Of a stretch of 32,000 nucleotides of DNA, positions 23,554 to 32,000 are shown in pieces; the stretch's first letter is position 1; every line of letters starts with the position of its first letter. Both the position numbers and the translations under genes were made by a program. The stretch covers positions 1,650,001 to 1,682,000 of the forward strand of contig NC_003551.1 of assembly GCF_000007185.1 (NCBI RefSeq). Reading direction: 5' to 3'. The stretch comes from Methanopyrus kandleri AV19 (lineage in GTDB: Archaea > JAADCQ01 > Methanopyri > Methanopyrales > Methanopyraceae). The notes below the pieces were generated by a model. The model was given only the letters and a program-made list of their open reading frames with translations, made no database searches and was not told the DNA's origin.

Positions 23554-26526
23554 GTGGCCGAGGCCGAGAGGCCGGCCGGTAAGGAGTACACAACCATATC
23601 TGAAGTCTCCGGACCACTGATGGTAGTCGAGGGCGTCGAAGGTGCGAAGTACGGTGAAGTAGTCGAAGTGGAGACACCCACCGGCGAAGTCCGACGAGGT
23701 CAAGTTCTGGAAGCCCGTAGGGACGCCGCCGTCGTGCAAGTCTTCGAAGGTACCTCGGGTCTCGACACCACCTCGACGAAGGTCAGGTTCACGGGAGAGA
23801 CGCTGAGGATCCCCGTGTCGACCGACCTGCTGGGACGCATCCTGAACGGCCGTGGTGAACCCATTGACGGCGGTCCCGAGATAGTACCGGAGGACGAGCT
23901 CGACATCCACGGGGCCCCGATCAACCCGGCCGCCAGGAAGTACCCGAGCGACTTCATCCAGACCGGTATCTCCGCGATCGACGGTATGAACACCCTGGTA
24001 CGTGGTCAGAAGCTCCCGATCTTCTCCGGTTCCGGTCTTCCGCACAACGAGTTAGCGGCTCAGATCGCACGCCAGGCGACCGTCCCAGGTGAAGAGGAGG
24101 AGTTCGCCGTAGTGTTCGCGGCCATGGGTATCACGCACGAGGAAGCCGCGTTCTTCAGGCGAGAGTTCGAGGAGACCGGCGCCCTGGACCGTGCCGTGCT
24201 CATCCTTAACCTCGCCGACGACCCGTCGATGGAGCGAATCATCACCCCGCGCATCGCACTGACGGTAGCCGAATACCTGGCCTTCGAGAACGACATGCAC
24301 GTCCTGGTGATCCTGACGGACATGACGAACTACTGCTTCGCTCCTGGTACCAGGGTGATCACCGCGTCCGGCGACGTCGTCGAGATCGACGAGATCGTCG
24401 AGAGGGCCGCCGAAACCGCCGTCGACGGTGGTCTGAGGGAAGGATCGACGGAGGTCACCGTCGGAGTGACCAACGTCAGGACACTGGCGGCATGGGACGG
24501 CGACCTAACCTCCAACGACGTGGTGGCCGTGGAAAAAATCGAGGCCCCGAGCCGCGCTGTCCGGGTGAGAACGAGGAGCGGCGCCGAGCTGGTGGTGTCC
24601 GAGGACCACAAGTTCCTAGTGGACACGGAGGATGGCCCCAGAATGGTCGAGGCGTCCGAGCTGAAGTCCGGCGACGAACTGTACTCCGTGAGGGAACTCC
24701 GAGTCAGTGAGAAGGTTCCGACGTACCTGGAACTGCTCCTGGAGGCGGAGGACAAGTTCTACGTGCACCCAACCGAGGAGTTCGAGGAGGCCGTGGCCGA
24801 GCGGTACGGGAGCCTGGCCGAAGCGTGCCGGGAGAAGGAGCTCCCCTACAGGGCCAGGGAGGCCAAGGAGCGGAGGTACTACGAGCTGTCCGAGTTCGCC
24901 AGACTGGCGACGGCTGTGATCGAGAGCGTCGATGAGGCTACGGAGTACATCGACTACGTGACCGCCGGAGGTAGGAAGAGGGTGAAGTTCTCGTCACCGA
25001 GGCCCGGGAAGGAGGTAATGTACGTCGCCGGCCTGATAGCGTCGGACGGGAGCGTGGACACCGAGCGAGGGTTCGTGATGTTCTCGAACACGGAGAGGGA
25101 GCTGCTGTCAGCGTTCGAGGAGATCGTGACGGAGGAATTCGGCGTCGATGCCTCCAAGACGGAGAACCAGAACGGCGTGACGATGCTCCGGGTCAACAGC
25201 CGCGTACTTGCCCGGGTGTTCGAGAGACTCGCGGACCCGAAGACGGTCCTGAAGATGCCCCGGGAGCTCGTCGCCGCTTACCTGGCCGGCTACGTGGACG
25301 GCGACGGTCACCTGAAGGACGGCAAGATCGTGATCACCACGGCCGACAGGGAGCGGGCCGGGGACCTACAGCTCCTGCTGAAGAGGCTCGGAGTACCGAG
25401 CGTGCTGCGTGAGAGGGACGGTGCCTACGACGTCGTCGTAACCGGTCACGACGCCGCGGAGCTGGCCGAGGAGCTGCCGCTGAGGCACCCGAAGAAGGCG
25501 GAAGCCGCGGCGTCGATGTCGTCCGGGCGGAGGTCGTCCAGGTTCGACAGGGTGTCGCGCAGGTTCGGCAGGCTGCTCCGGGAGGTTAGGAGGAAGTACG
25601 GCGTTAGGGCCTCGGACCTGGGGTCGTCCAGCACGATCTCGCAGATCGAGAGCGGTGAGAGGCGCGCGACCCGGCGCCTGGCGCTGGAGATCGTGGAGAG
25701 GCTCGAGGAGGTCGTCGGCGACGTTGAGGAGGTCCGCGAGCTGCGGGAGCTCGCTGAGGGTAACTACGTGCTGGACGAGGTAGTCGAGGTGGAGACCGTG
25801 GAGTACGAGCACGAGTACCTGTACGACGTGACCGTGGTGCCCGATCACACCCTGGTGGTGGAGAACGGCATCATCACGTCGAACTGCGAGGCCCTACGAG
25901 AGATATCCGCGGCCCGTGAGGAGGTCCCGGGCCGGCGCGGCTACCCGGGATACATGTACACGGACCTCGCGACCATCTACGAGAGAGCCGGATGCATCCG
26001 CGGTCGGAAGGGTTCGATCACCCAGATGCCGATCCTCACCATGCCTCACGACGACATCACGCACCCGATTCCGGACCTAACGGGATACATTACCGAGGGT
26101 CAGATAGTGCTAAGCCGAGACCTACACCGGCGCGGTATCTACCCACCGATCGACGTGCTACCCTCGCTGTCACGGCTTATGGACGAGGGTATCGGTAAGG
26201 GTAAGACGCGCGAGGACCACCCGGATCTCTCCAACCAGCTGTACGCGGCGTACGCCGAGGGTCGCGACCTGCGCGACCTAGTAGCGGTAGTAGGCGAAGA
26301 GGCGCTGACGGAGCGGGACCGCAAGTTCCTGAAGTTCGCGGACGAGTTCGAGCAGCGGTTCGTGAAGCAGGGCCGCGACGAGAACCGGAGCATCGAAGAG
26401 ACCCTCGACCTGGGATGGGAGCTACTGGCGATTCTACCGGAGCGTGAGCTCAAGAGGGTCAGCGATGAGCTGATCGAGAAGTACCACCCGAAGTACAGGC
26501 AGAAGAAGGAGGAACAGGAAGAGTAA
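23554..26526 (+). CDS. atpB: A-type (A1AO) ATP synthase subunit B, interrupted by an intein
   Basis: 990 aa. The exteins total 473 aa (260 + 213) and rejoin as ...[10 protein letters not shown]|[29 protein letters not shown]..., the conserved AtpB sequence. The start is GTG. Confidence 0.93.
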   Translation: MAEAERPAGKEYTTISEVSGPLMVVEGVEGAKYGEVVEVETPTGEVRRGQVLEARRDAAVVQVFEGTSGLDTTSTKVRFTGETLRIPVSTDLLGRILNGRGEPIDGGPEIVPEDELDIHGAPINPAARKYPSDFIQTGISAIDGMNTLVRGQKLPIFSGSGLPHNELAAQIARQATVPGEEEEFAVVFAAMGITHEEAAFFRREFEETGALDRAVLILNLADDPSMERIITPRIALTVAEYLAFENDMHVLVILTDMTNYCFAPGTRVITASGDVVEIDEIVERAAETAVDGGLREGSTEVTVGVTNVRTLAAWDGDLTSNDVVAVEKIEAPSRAVRVRTRSGAELVVSEDHKFLVDTEDGPRMVEASELKSGDELYSVRELRVSEKVPTYLELLLEAEDKFYVHPTEEFEEAVAERYGSLAEACREKELPYRAREAKERRYYELSEFARLATAVIESVDEATEYIDYVTAGGRKRVKFSSPRPGKEVMYVAGLIASDGSVDTERGFVMFSNTERELLSAFEEIVTEEFGVDASKTENQNGVTMLRVNSRVLARVFERLADPKTVLKMPRELVAAYLAGYVDGDGHLKDGKIVITTADRERAGDLQLLLKRLGVPSVLRERDGAYDVVVTGHDAAELAEELPLRHPKKAEAAASMSSGRRSSRFDRVSRRFGRLLREVRRKYGVRASDLGSSSTISQIESGERRATRRLALEIVERLEEVVGDVEEVRELRELAEGNYVLDEVVEVETVEYEHEYLYDVTVVPDHTLVVENGIITSNCEALREISAAREEVPGRRGYPGYMYTDLATIYERAGCIRGRKGSITQMPILTMPHDDITHPIPDLTGYITEGQIVLSRDLHRRGIYPPIDVLPSLSRLMDEGIGKGKTREDHPDLSNQLYAAYAEGRDLRDLVAVVGEEALTERDRKFLKFADEFEQRFVKQGRDENRSIEETLDLGWELLAILPERELKRVSDELIEKYHPKYRQKKEEQEE
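24334..25884 (+). mobile_element. intein (517 aa) with LAGLIDADG homing-endonuclease domain and an extra XRE-like HTH module
   Basis: It starts with Cys ([21 protein letters not shown], block A). Block B is [19 protein letters not shown] motif 1 is [12 protein letters not shown] (25018-25053) and motif 2 is [12 protein letters not shown] (25276-25311). Blocks F/G read [24 protein letters not shown], followed by the extein residue Cys+1. Confidence 0.9.
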
Positions 26527-26577
26527 GGCTCCCTCCGGCCCCATCTCCACTCAAACCTATCTAGGTGGGGGATACCC

Positions 26578-27276
26578 GTGACCCAGGAGATCCTAGAGGA
26601 CGTCAACCCTACTAGGATGGAATTACTGAAACTCCAGGACAGAATCGAACTTGCGAAGAAGGGTCACAAGCTGCTCAAGGAGAAGCGAGACGCCCTCATC
26701 ATGGAGTTCTTCGAGATGGTGAAGCGCGCCTCCGAGATCAGGGAGCAGGCCGTCAAGAAGTTGATGGAGGCGTACAGCAAGCTGGCAGCGGCCAAGGTGA
26801 CCGTCGGTGAGATCGGAGTGGAGCGCGCCTCCATGGCCACCGGCGAGGAGATCAAGGTGGACGTGGGATCGAGGAACGTGATGGGTGTAGTCGTACCGAT
26901 CATCGAGCGCGTGAGCGAAGATGGCGGTTCAAAGGTCGTCTATGGCTTCGCCGACACGTCCGGCGCACTCGATGAGGCGATGCGAGCCTTCACGGAGGCT
27001 ATCGACGCCGTGCTGGAGCTGGCCGAGATCGAGGAAACCCTCCGTCTCATGGCCGAGGAGATCGAACGTACTAAGCGCAGGGTGAACGCGTTGGAGCATA
27101 TAGTCATCCCGCGCCTCGAGAACACCGAGAAGTACATTGAGATGAAACTCGACGAGCAGGAGAGGGAGAACTTCGTACGGCTGAAGCGCGTGAAGGATCT
27201 AATCGAACGGAAGAAGTTGAAAGAAGAACTCGAGCGGGTCGTCGAAGAAGGGGCCGAACTCCCATCCTTCGAGTGA
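26578..27276 (+). CDS. atpD: A-type ATP synthase subunit D
   Basis: 232 aa. NPTRMELLKLQDRIELAKKGHKLLKEKRDALIMEF is the typical V/A-ATPase D N-terminus, and the protein is coiled-coil throughout. The start is GTG, with a GGTGGGGGAT SD. Confidence 0.88.
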   Translation: MTQEILEDVNPTRMELLKLQDRIELAKKGHKLLKEKRDALIMEFFEMVKRASEIREQAVKKLMEAYSKLAAAKVTVGEIGVERASMATGEEIKVDVGSRNVMGVVVPIIERVSEDGGSKVVYGFADTSGALDEAMRAFTEAIDAVLELAEIEETLRLMAEEIERTKRRVNALEHIVIPRLENTEKYIEMKLDEQERENFVRLKRVKDLIERKKLKEELERVVEEGAELPSFE

Positions 27277-27294
27277 GGCGCGGGTGAGTAGAGC

Positions 27295-27675
27295 ATGGTC
27301 TTCGTTAGCGTCGCCAAGAGGAAGGTCACTGAGCGTGTCCGCCGGCGCCGCGAGCCCTACGACTTCAAAACCGACATGTTCGAGGGACGGTTCGAGCCAC
27401 TGATAGCGGCCGAGGATGTGACCGTCGAGGAAGGCGAAGACGTCATCATTAAGGTCGAACCCATTGAAATCCCTCCCCACACAATGGTGCTACTGTCACC
27501 GTACGCCCGGAACCCCTACGGTCACGTTCTAGCCGTAGCCGAGGAGTTTCCCAAAATGATGGAACTGGGCCGGAAGGTGGAGCAAGTATACTTCGCCGCC
27601 GTAAGACACGGTCGAATTCGTAAGGGCGACGTGCTGGGAGTGCTCATACTGATCGAGCTGAAAGGTGAAGAGTGA
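27295..27675 (+). CDS. hypothetical protein
   Basis: 126 aa (MVFVSVAKRKVTERVRRRREPYDF...RIRKGDVLGVLILIELKGEE), beginning 18 nt after atpD. Its stop overlaps the next gene's start (GTGATG). I cannot assign a family confidently. Confidence 0.5.
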   Translation: MVFVSVAKRKVTERVRRRREPYDFKTDMFEGRFEPLIAAEDVTVEEGEDVIIKVEPIEIPPHTMVLLSPYARNPYGHVLAVAEEFPKMMELGRKVEQVYFAAVRHGRIRKGDVLGVLILIELKGEE

Positions 27676-28118
27676 TGCGCGACGAGTCGCGCCTCGACAA
27701 GTACGTGATCAAGGAAATACTCCGGATCAACCGGCACCTGCCCCGACGTCGTAAGACCCTCGAAGAGCTGTTGAGGGAAGAGCGGCCGCACGTGGTTAAC
27801 CGAGACGGTACCAAGCACTACTTCGACCGGGATGAGCTGGAACGCCTCGCCGACATATTGCCCCGCTACCTTCACGGTCGCCTCAAGCTCCCGATACTCA
27901 TCGAACTTGGGTACTCGGGAGCAGCGGTGATCCGTGGTAAGGCGGAGGTCCGGGTAGTGTGTGAGGTGCTCGGTGAAGAGTGGCGATTTTCTCAAGATCG
28001 AGTGGAGCTGAACATGCTCGACGTTCGAAAGCTCCGCCGCGAATTCCCCACGGCGACCCAGTACATGTTCAGTACCGAGTACATTATGGGGAGGCCGAAA
28101 GTTGAGAGAAGAGGATAA
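27675..28118 (+). CDS. UPF0216 (DUF61) family archaeal protein
   Basis: 147 aa. EILRINRHLPRRRKTLEELLREERPHVVNRDGTKHYFDRDELERLADILP...LKLPILIE matches my recollection of UPF0216. An AGGTGA SD precedes the start, which is ATG 27675 or GTG 27672. Confidence 0.6.
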   Translation: MRDESRLDKYVIKEILRINRHLPRRRKTLEELLREERPHVVNRDGTKHYFDRDELERLADILPRYLHGRLKLPILIELGYSGAAVIRGKAEVRVVCEVLGEEWRFSQDRVELNMLDVRKLRREFPTATQYMFSTEYIMGRPKVERRG

Positions 28119-28242
28119 GCGGAGGCTGATGGTGGCTCTCGTTCGAGTTGCCCCTATCGTGGCAACGGTAACCCTGATCGTGGGTTTTACGGTGTTCGTG
28201 ATACTAGTGTTGACGGGGCACTCCGGAACCGTAACCCGTTAA
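28102..28242 (+). CDS. candidate small membrane protein (46 aa)
   Basis: It is below the ORF-track size cutoff. From TTG 28102 it reads (M)REEDKRRLMVALVRVAPIVATVTLIVGFTVFVILVLTGHSGTVTR. A strong GGGGAGG SD lies 7 nt upstream, and an alternative ATG lies at 28129. It has a charged N-terminus and one clear TM helix. It overlaps the end of the upstream gene by 17 nt. Confidence 0.4.
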   Translation: MREEDKRRLMVALVRVAPIVATVTLIVGFTVFVILVLTGHSGTVTR

Positions 28243-28360
28243 ACTCTTTCGAAACTGGAGTCGCCGGAAGGTCGCCCTACGACACCTAAAACCTAAAGAT
28301 GACCTCTTCCCTGGAAGCTATTGCCCCTGCATGTACCAAGGTCATATGGGGGAGAACCGT

Positions 28361-28825
28361 ATGGCCGTGGAGCTACCCAAGGCTGCCATCGAGAGGATCT
28401 TCCGGCAGGGTATTGGTGAGAGACGGTTGAGCCAGGATGCGAAGGATACTATCTACGACTTCGTTCCAACAATGGCGGAGTACGTAGCCAACGCGGCTAA
28501 GTCCGTACTGGACGCTTCCGGCAAGAAGACGCTGATGGAGGAGCACCTGAAGGCGCTGGCCGACGTCCTCATGGTGGAAGGTGTTGAAGACTACGACGGT
28601 GAGCTGTTCGGCCGAGCGACGGTACGCCGCATCCTGAAGCGAGCTGGGATCGAGAGAGCTAGCTCGGACGCCGTCGACCTGTACAACAAGCTGATCTGCC
28701 GTGCCACGGAGGAGCTGGGTGAGAAGGCCGCCGAGTATGCGGACGAAGACGGCAGGAAGACCGTACAGGGAGAGGACGTCGAAAAGGCCATCACGTACTC
28801 CATGCCCAAGGGTGGAGAGCTCTAA
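28361..28825 (+). CDS. doubled histone-fold protein (HMk-type archaeal histone, two tandem folds in one chain)
   Basis: 154 aa from ATG 28361, with a GGGGGAG SD 6 nt upstream. Fold 1 is LPKAAIERIFRQ...AKDTIYDFVPTMAEYVANAAKSVLDASGKKTLMEEHL. Fold 2 is FGRATVRRILKRAGIERASSDAVDLYNKLICRATEELGEKAAEYADEDGRKTVQGEDV. The length matches the 154-aa HMk described from Methanopyrus kandleri. Confidence 0.85.
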   Translation: MAVELPKAAIERIFRQGIGERRLSQDAKDTIYDFVPTMAEYVANAAKSVLDASGKKTLMEEHLKALADVLMVEGVEDYDGELFGRATVRRILKRAGIERASSDAVDLYNKLICRATEELGEKAAEYADEDGRKTVQGEDVEKAITYSMPKGGEL

Positions 28826-28843
28826 GCCTTTCTTCCCCCCGGC

Positions 28844-28872
28844 CGAATTGTTATGAGAACTTGAACGATTCG
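28844..28872. terminator. hairpin CGAATTGTT-11nt-AACGATTCG between the convergent histone and hef genes, related to the tRNA 3'-flank element
   Basis: A 9-bp stem (one U-G pair) lies 19 nt after the histone stop, preceded by the pyrimidine run CTTTCTTCCCCCC. It shares CCG-RAATTGTTATGA with the tRNA-Arg flank. Confidence 0.5.
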
Positions 28873-28881
28873 CGCGACGGC

Positions 28882-31107
28882 TTAGCTCCAGAGGAAACGC
28901 CGTATCTCCCTGGCCTTCCGTTCCCCTATCCCCTTAACGCGTTTCAACTCAGATGGACTAGCGTTCACGACGTCGCCTATGGATCCGAACTCGTCCAACA
29001 GCCTCCGAGCCAGCTCCGGTCCAACTCCCGGGATACATGACAACATCTCCACCCGAAGATCCTCGGTTGACCTACGCTTCCGTGGCCTCGGCCTCTGTCG
29101 CTCCTCGAACCTTTTGGCCATCCGGTAGAGTAGCTCCGCAGTTTCCTCCGGTCCCGCCGACTGAAGCACAGAGATTCCGAAGTCGACGGCGAGCGTCGCC
29201 AGTGCTCCATCAACGGCTTCCGGCTCGATCTCCCTCCTCGGGTTCCCCTCCACGATAATTACGGCACGGTCGAACTCTCGGGTCATCTCTCGAGCTTGAT
29301 CCATTAACCTACCGTCCAGGAGAGACCTGGCGAAATCGGATTCCGACTTGCGCTCCACACCGACGCCCTCACCTACGACGTAGTCCGCCAGTTCTAACGT
29401 GTCTCTCTCTAGGACCACGGGCTTTCTCCTGAGGTGCTCCACAACCTTGGTGTTGAGTTCACGCGAGTCCACTACGATGACGGGAGCCCTGCTCGGTGGA
29501 CGCACTTCATCGCGCTCGCGTTTGCTACGACCCCCACCTACGAACTGATCTAGCGTCTTCGCCCTCGAACGCAACTTTCTGAGGTTTTTGCTCGTAGCGG
29601 TCGTCTTCCCTTTCCTCTTCCGCAACCACTCCTGCACGCGCATCACTGCCTCCAACATCTTCTTCTCACGACGCCTCGCGACGTGAAAGTAGATCTCGTC
29701 CAAGGTGGGAAAGGAACCTCTAGCGACGAGAACGTGAGCGTTACCCACGGCACCATCCCTCGCGGTACGTCCGATCCGCTGGATCGTCCTTATTTCCGAG
29801 GGAACCGGCTCGTACAGCACCACCTCCTCGCAGGTCGGAAGGTCCAGTCCCTCCTCCCCTACGCTCGTCGACACGAGAACACGACACTCTCCCCGTTTGA
29901 TCGATTTTATGACGTCCAGCTGCTCGTGCTCCTTCATGTGTTCCTTGCCGAGCAACACCCCGACGGATATCCCAATCTCCTTGAGGTAATCGGCGATCAG
30001 CTTGGCGGTGTCCACGTATTGCGTGAACACCAGCGCGGACTCGACGTCTTTCACTAACTCCTCAACCTCGGGTAGTTTCGGGTGATCCGGTTCGTCCCGG
30101 AGTGACGCCGATTTGCACTCTCGTACGGCGCGCTGGAAGTTCGGATCTCCGAGTATCCTCCGTAGCGAGGAACCGCCGCTCGACCGTTTGCGTTCCGTAA
30201 GGCGCTCGACGTACCGTAGGAAAGGTTCGATTCCTTGGGTTTCCAGGATCTCCCTCGCCCTAGCTATCCGGAGGGCTTCCGCTACGACTCCGAGAGCTCG
30301 TGAGCACCAACTGGCGCGTTCTCGGCGCTTCGCCATCTGTTCCCTGATCTCCTCCCTGAGCGACAGCAGCTTTCCCACCCACACGTTACGCGAGGATTGT
30401 AGGAACCCCATGTCCTCCAGTAACTCCAGCCTGCGCTCGAAAGCCCGCTGCAGCTCCCGTCTAGCGTTGTCGAACCATTCCGGCAGTTCGACGTCAACCC
30501 ACTCAACTTTCACTCTTCCTAAGTACTTTTTAACGTCTGGATCCTCCTCTGTTTTAACTATAATGCGTTCTATCCCAAGATTTTGCACTACCTCTTTTAT
30601 GCGTTTCACATCCGATCCAGGCGACGCTGTAAGGCCAACTTTCAGGCAATTAAACTCCTTTGATACATACACATATGGGTAACCTCCAACCGCTCTATGC
30701 GCCTCATCAAATATCACAACGGATGCCTCATCAGGGTCAATTCTACCCTCTATAATGTCATTGCGGATTACATGCGGTGTTGCAACAATTACGTCGGATT
30801 TTTTCCACTCGACTTTCCTTCGTTCCGGTCGCACCCTACCCGTGAGTGCTTTCACGTCCAATCCTCGTGTAGCTCGCTCTATGAATCGGGCGTGTTGATT
30901 CACTAGCGGTACGGTGGGAGCTAAGAACACGGCCCGGCCTTCGTCCACGAGTTCCGAGAGTACCATCACACCGATCGCGGTCTTACCTAGCCCGGTGGGT
31001 ATCACCACCAGAGTGTTGTCCATTGAATCGAGAATCTCGGCTGCTACGGACACTTGGTACTCGCGACGCTCCAGGAAGTTCCAATTCACCCGTCTCCATG
31101 CAGGCAT
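28882..31107 (-). CDS. hef: Hef helicase-nuclease (XPF/FANCM family: SF2 helicase plus ERCC4 nuclease plus HhH2)
   Basis: 741 aa. It has helicase motifs [27 protein letters not shown] and QRIGRTAR. It has the ERCC4 nuclease motif VIVVDSRE...[10 protein letters not shown]. The C-terminus has HhH motifs ([25 protein letters not shown]). A perfect SD, GAGGAGGTGATCC, lies upstream of the ATG. Confidence 0.9.
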
Positions 31108-31853
31108 TCCCGGATCACCTCCTCGGCCCGACGCCGGAACTCCCGGACGGCCTTTTCCGGATCCTCCACGGAGGACACTATCTCACGGCGCAGTTCACTG
31201 AGCTTGCGCCCTAGCTCTTGGGTAGCCGCGCCTGTCTCGGAGAGTCGACGCATCAGCTCCCCCATAACCTGACGGGTGCGTACGTCGACTTCATTCACGG
31301 AGGAGGGGTCAGTGCGCCGACGTCGCTTTTTGGGCTTCTCGACGCGTAGACCCGACTCGACGAACTCGAGAACTTCCTCGGAAACCCGAGAATCGTCTAG
31401 AACCAAGGTCGCACGCTCCCACCACCGATCCGGCTCGGGTGGTTCAAACCTATCATAAATTCTACGAACGACCTCCTCCGGGATAGGTTCACCTCGCTCG
31501 CGGTTCCTACGTAGGCACGTATCTAAACCGGTACGGAGGTACACTATCCCCCACGGAACTTTCCTCTCCAAGGCCAGGAGAGCCAACTCACGCCGCATGC
31601 TGGAATAGTAATTAGTGTCGTCCGCTATCACCAGGTCTAGCTCGGCGTCCAGACACGTCTCAACGGACTTCAAAAAGAGTTCCCGGGCCACCTGCTCGAG
31701 TTTCGGGTCGAACTCATCCCATAGGAATCCGCGGAGAGCGTCCGCCTCCACATGGGCCACTCGCCAGCCTTCCTGCCGGAGTTCCCGAGCCAGCTCCCGC
31801 GCGAAACACGTTTTACCTGACCCGGGCGGGCCGGTGAGTATCAGCAGTCGCAA
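31086..31853 (-). CDS. pstK: KTI12/PSTK-family P-loop kinase, likely O-phosphoseryl-tRNA(Sec) kinase
   Basis: 255 aa. It has the P-loop [12 protein letters not shown], plus [15 protein letters not shown] and [26 protein letters not shown], which parallel methanogen PSTK as I recall it. The C-terminal domain is basic and helical. The start is TTG, with a GGGGGT SD 8 nt upstream. Confidence 0.6.
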
Positions 31854-31861
31854 CCTTTGTA

Positions 31862-31874
31862 ACCCCCAGGGGGT
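31862..31874. promoter_or_regulatory. ACCCCC-A-GGGGGT palindrome, dual SD in the 27-nt divergent spacer between pstK and the arsA-like gene
   Basis: The spacer 31854-31880 is CCTTTGTAACCCCCAGGGGGTCTGGTG. GGGGGT lies 6 nt before ATG 31881 on the plus strand. GGGGGT lies 8 nt before TTG 31853 on the minus strand. Confidence 0.55.
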
Positions 31875-31880
31875 CTGGTG

Positions 31881-32000
31881 ATGGGCATCTCGGAGAAACT
31901 CGGGCTATCGAAGGGTCAGCGGTACGTCTTCTTCGGCGGTAAAGGAGGAGTCGGAAAAACAACCTGTGCCGCGGCCACTGCCGTGTGGCTATCCGAGGAG
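31881..32000 (+). CDS. ArsA/Get3-family ATPase, N-terminal fragment (continues beyond the window)
   Basis: My translation is [40 protein letters not shown]. It has the deviant Walker [11 protein letters not shown] typical of ArsA/Get3. Confidence 0.7.
   Translation, partial: MGISEKLGLSKGQRYVFFGGKGGVGKTTCAAATAVWLSEE

Noticed and set aside
23482-26606. Antisense and off-frame ORFs across atpB and the intein (23482..24045, 24330..24755, 25366..25848, 26139..26606 and others).
   Set aside because: The atpB/intein frame is continuous, with diagnostic motifs throughout. The alternatives are compositional artefacts.

Overview
This is a gene-dense, high-GC archaeal chromosomal window. Hand counts of sample 60-nt lines gave mostly 55-70% GC. 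No database search was possible, so every identification rests on reading the sequence and on recalled family signatures.

By recognition it looks like Methanopyrus kandleri or a very close relative, for four reasons:
- a 154-aa doubled-histone-fold protein of the HMk type;
- three tRNA genes that all encode C at position 8 and a genomic CCA;
- an intein-bearing A-type ATPase B subunit;
- very acidic proteins with GGGGG-type Shine-Dalgarno (SD) sites.

I support about 40 protein genes, listed in window order:
- Left block: purF, the PolD large subunit, a SplB-like radical SAM protein, an LctP-type permease, and a MacB/FtsX-type ABC pair.
- Minus-strand run: rpiA-tpiA-phi-pgk-SPOUT-rpl21e-rpoF-DUF655.
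- Centre: a split carB C-terminal half, prs, and a translationally coupled cobamide salvage operon (cbiZ/cobZ fusion-cobS-cobY-PRC barrel).
- Right block: atpB (with a 517-aa LAGLIDADG intein) and atpD, the HMk-type histone, hef, pstK and a partial arsA/get3-like gene.

The three tRNAs are Glu-UUC with two apparent introns, Arg-UCU and Ser-GCU. Many genes use TTG or GTG starts. Several N-terminal extensions in the ORF track are rejected on the basis of SD placement and ATGA/GTGA start-stop overlaps.

Main hunt results:
1. Four divergent gene pairs are separated by 25-27 nt spacers built around an ACCCCC/GGGGG palindrome that gives each strand its own SD.
2. An AATYGTT(AT)-type palindromic element sits at the 3' end of all three tRNA genes and of the histone gene.
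3. tRNA-Glu carries a non-canonical D-loop insertion as well as an anticodon-loop intron.
4. The atpB intein carries an extra XRE-like helix-turn-helix (HTH) module and a Ser-Asn C-terminus.
5. Low-GC patches cross gene boundaries (ABC locus, phi/pgk 5' end, an internal hef segment).

I saw no CRISPR array, integrase, transposase or recognisable defence system.
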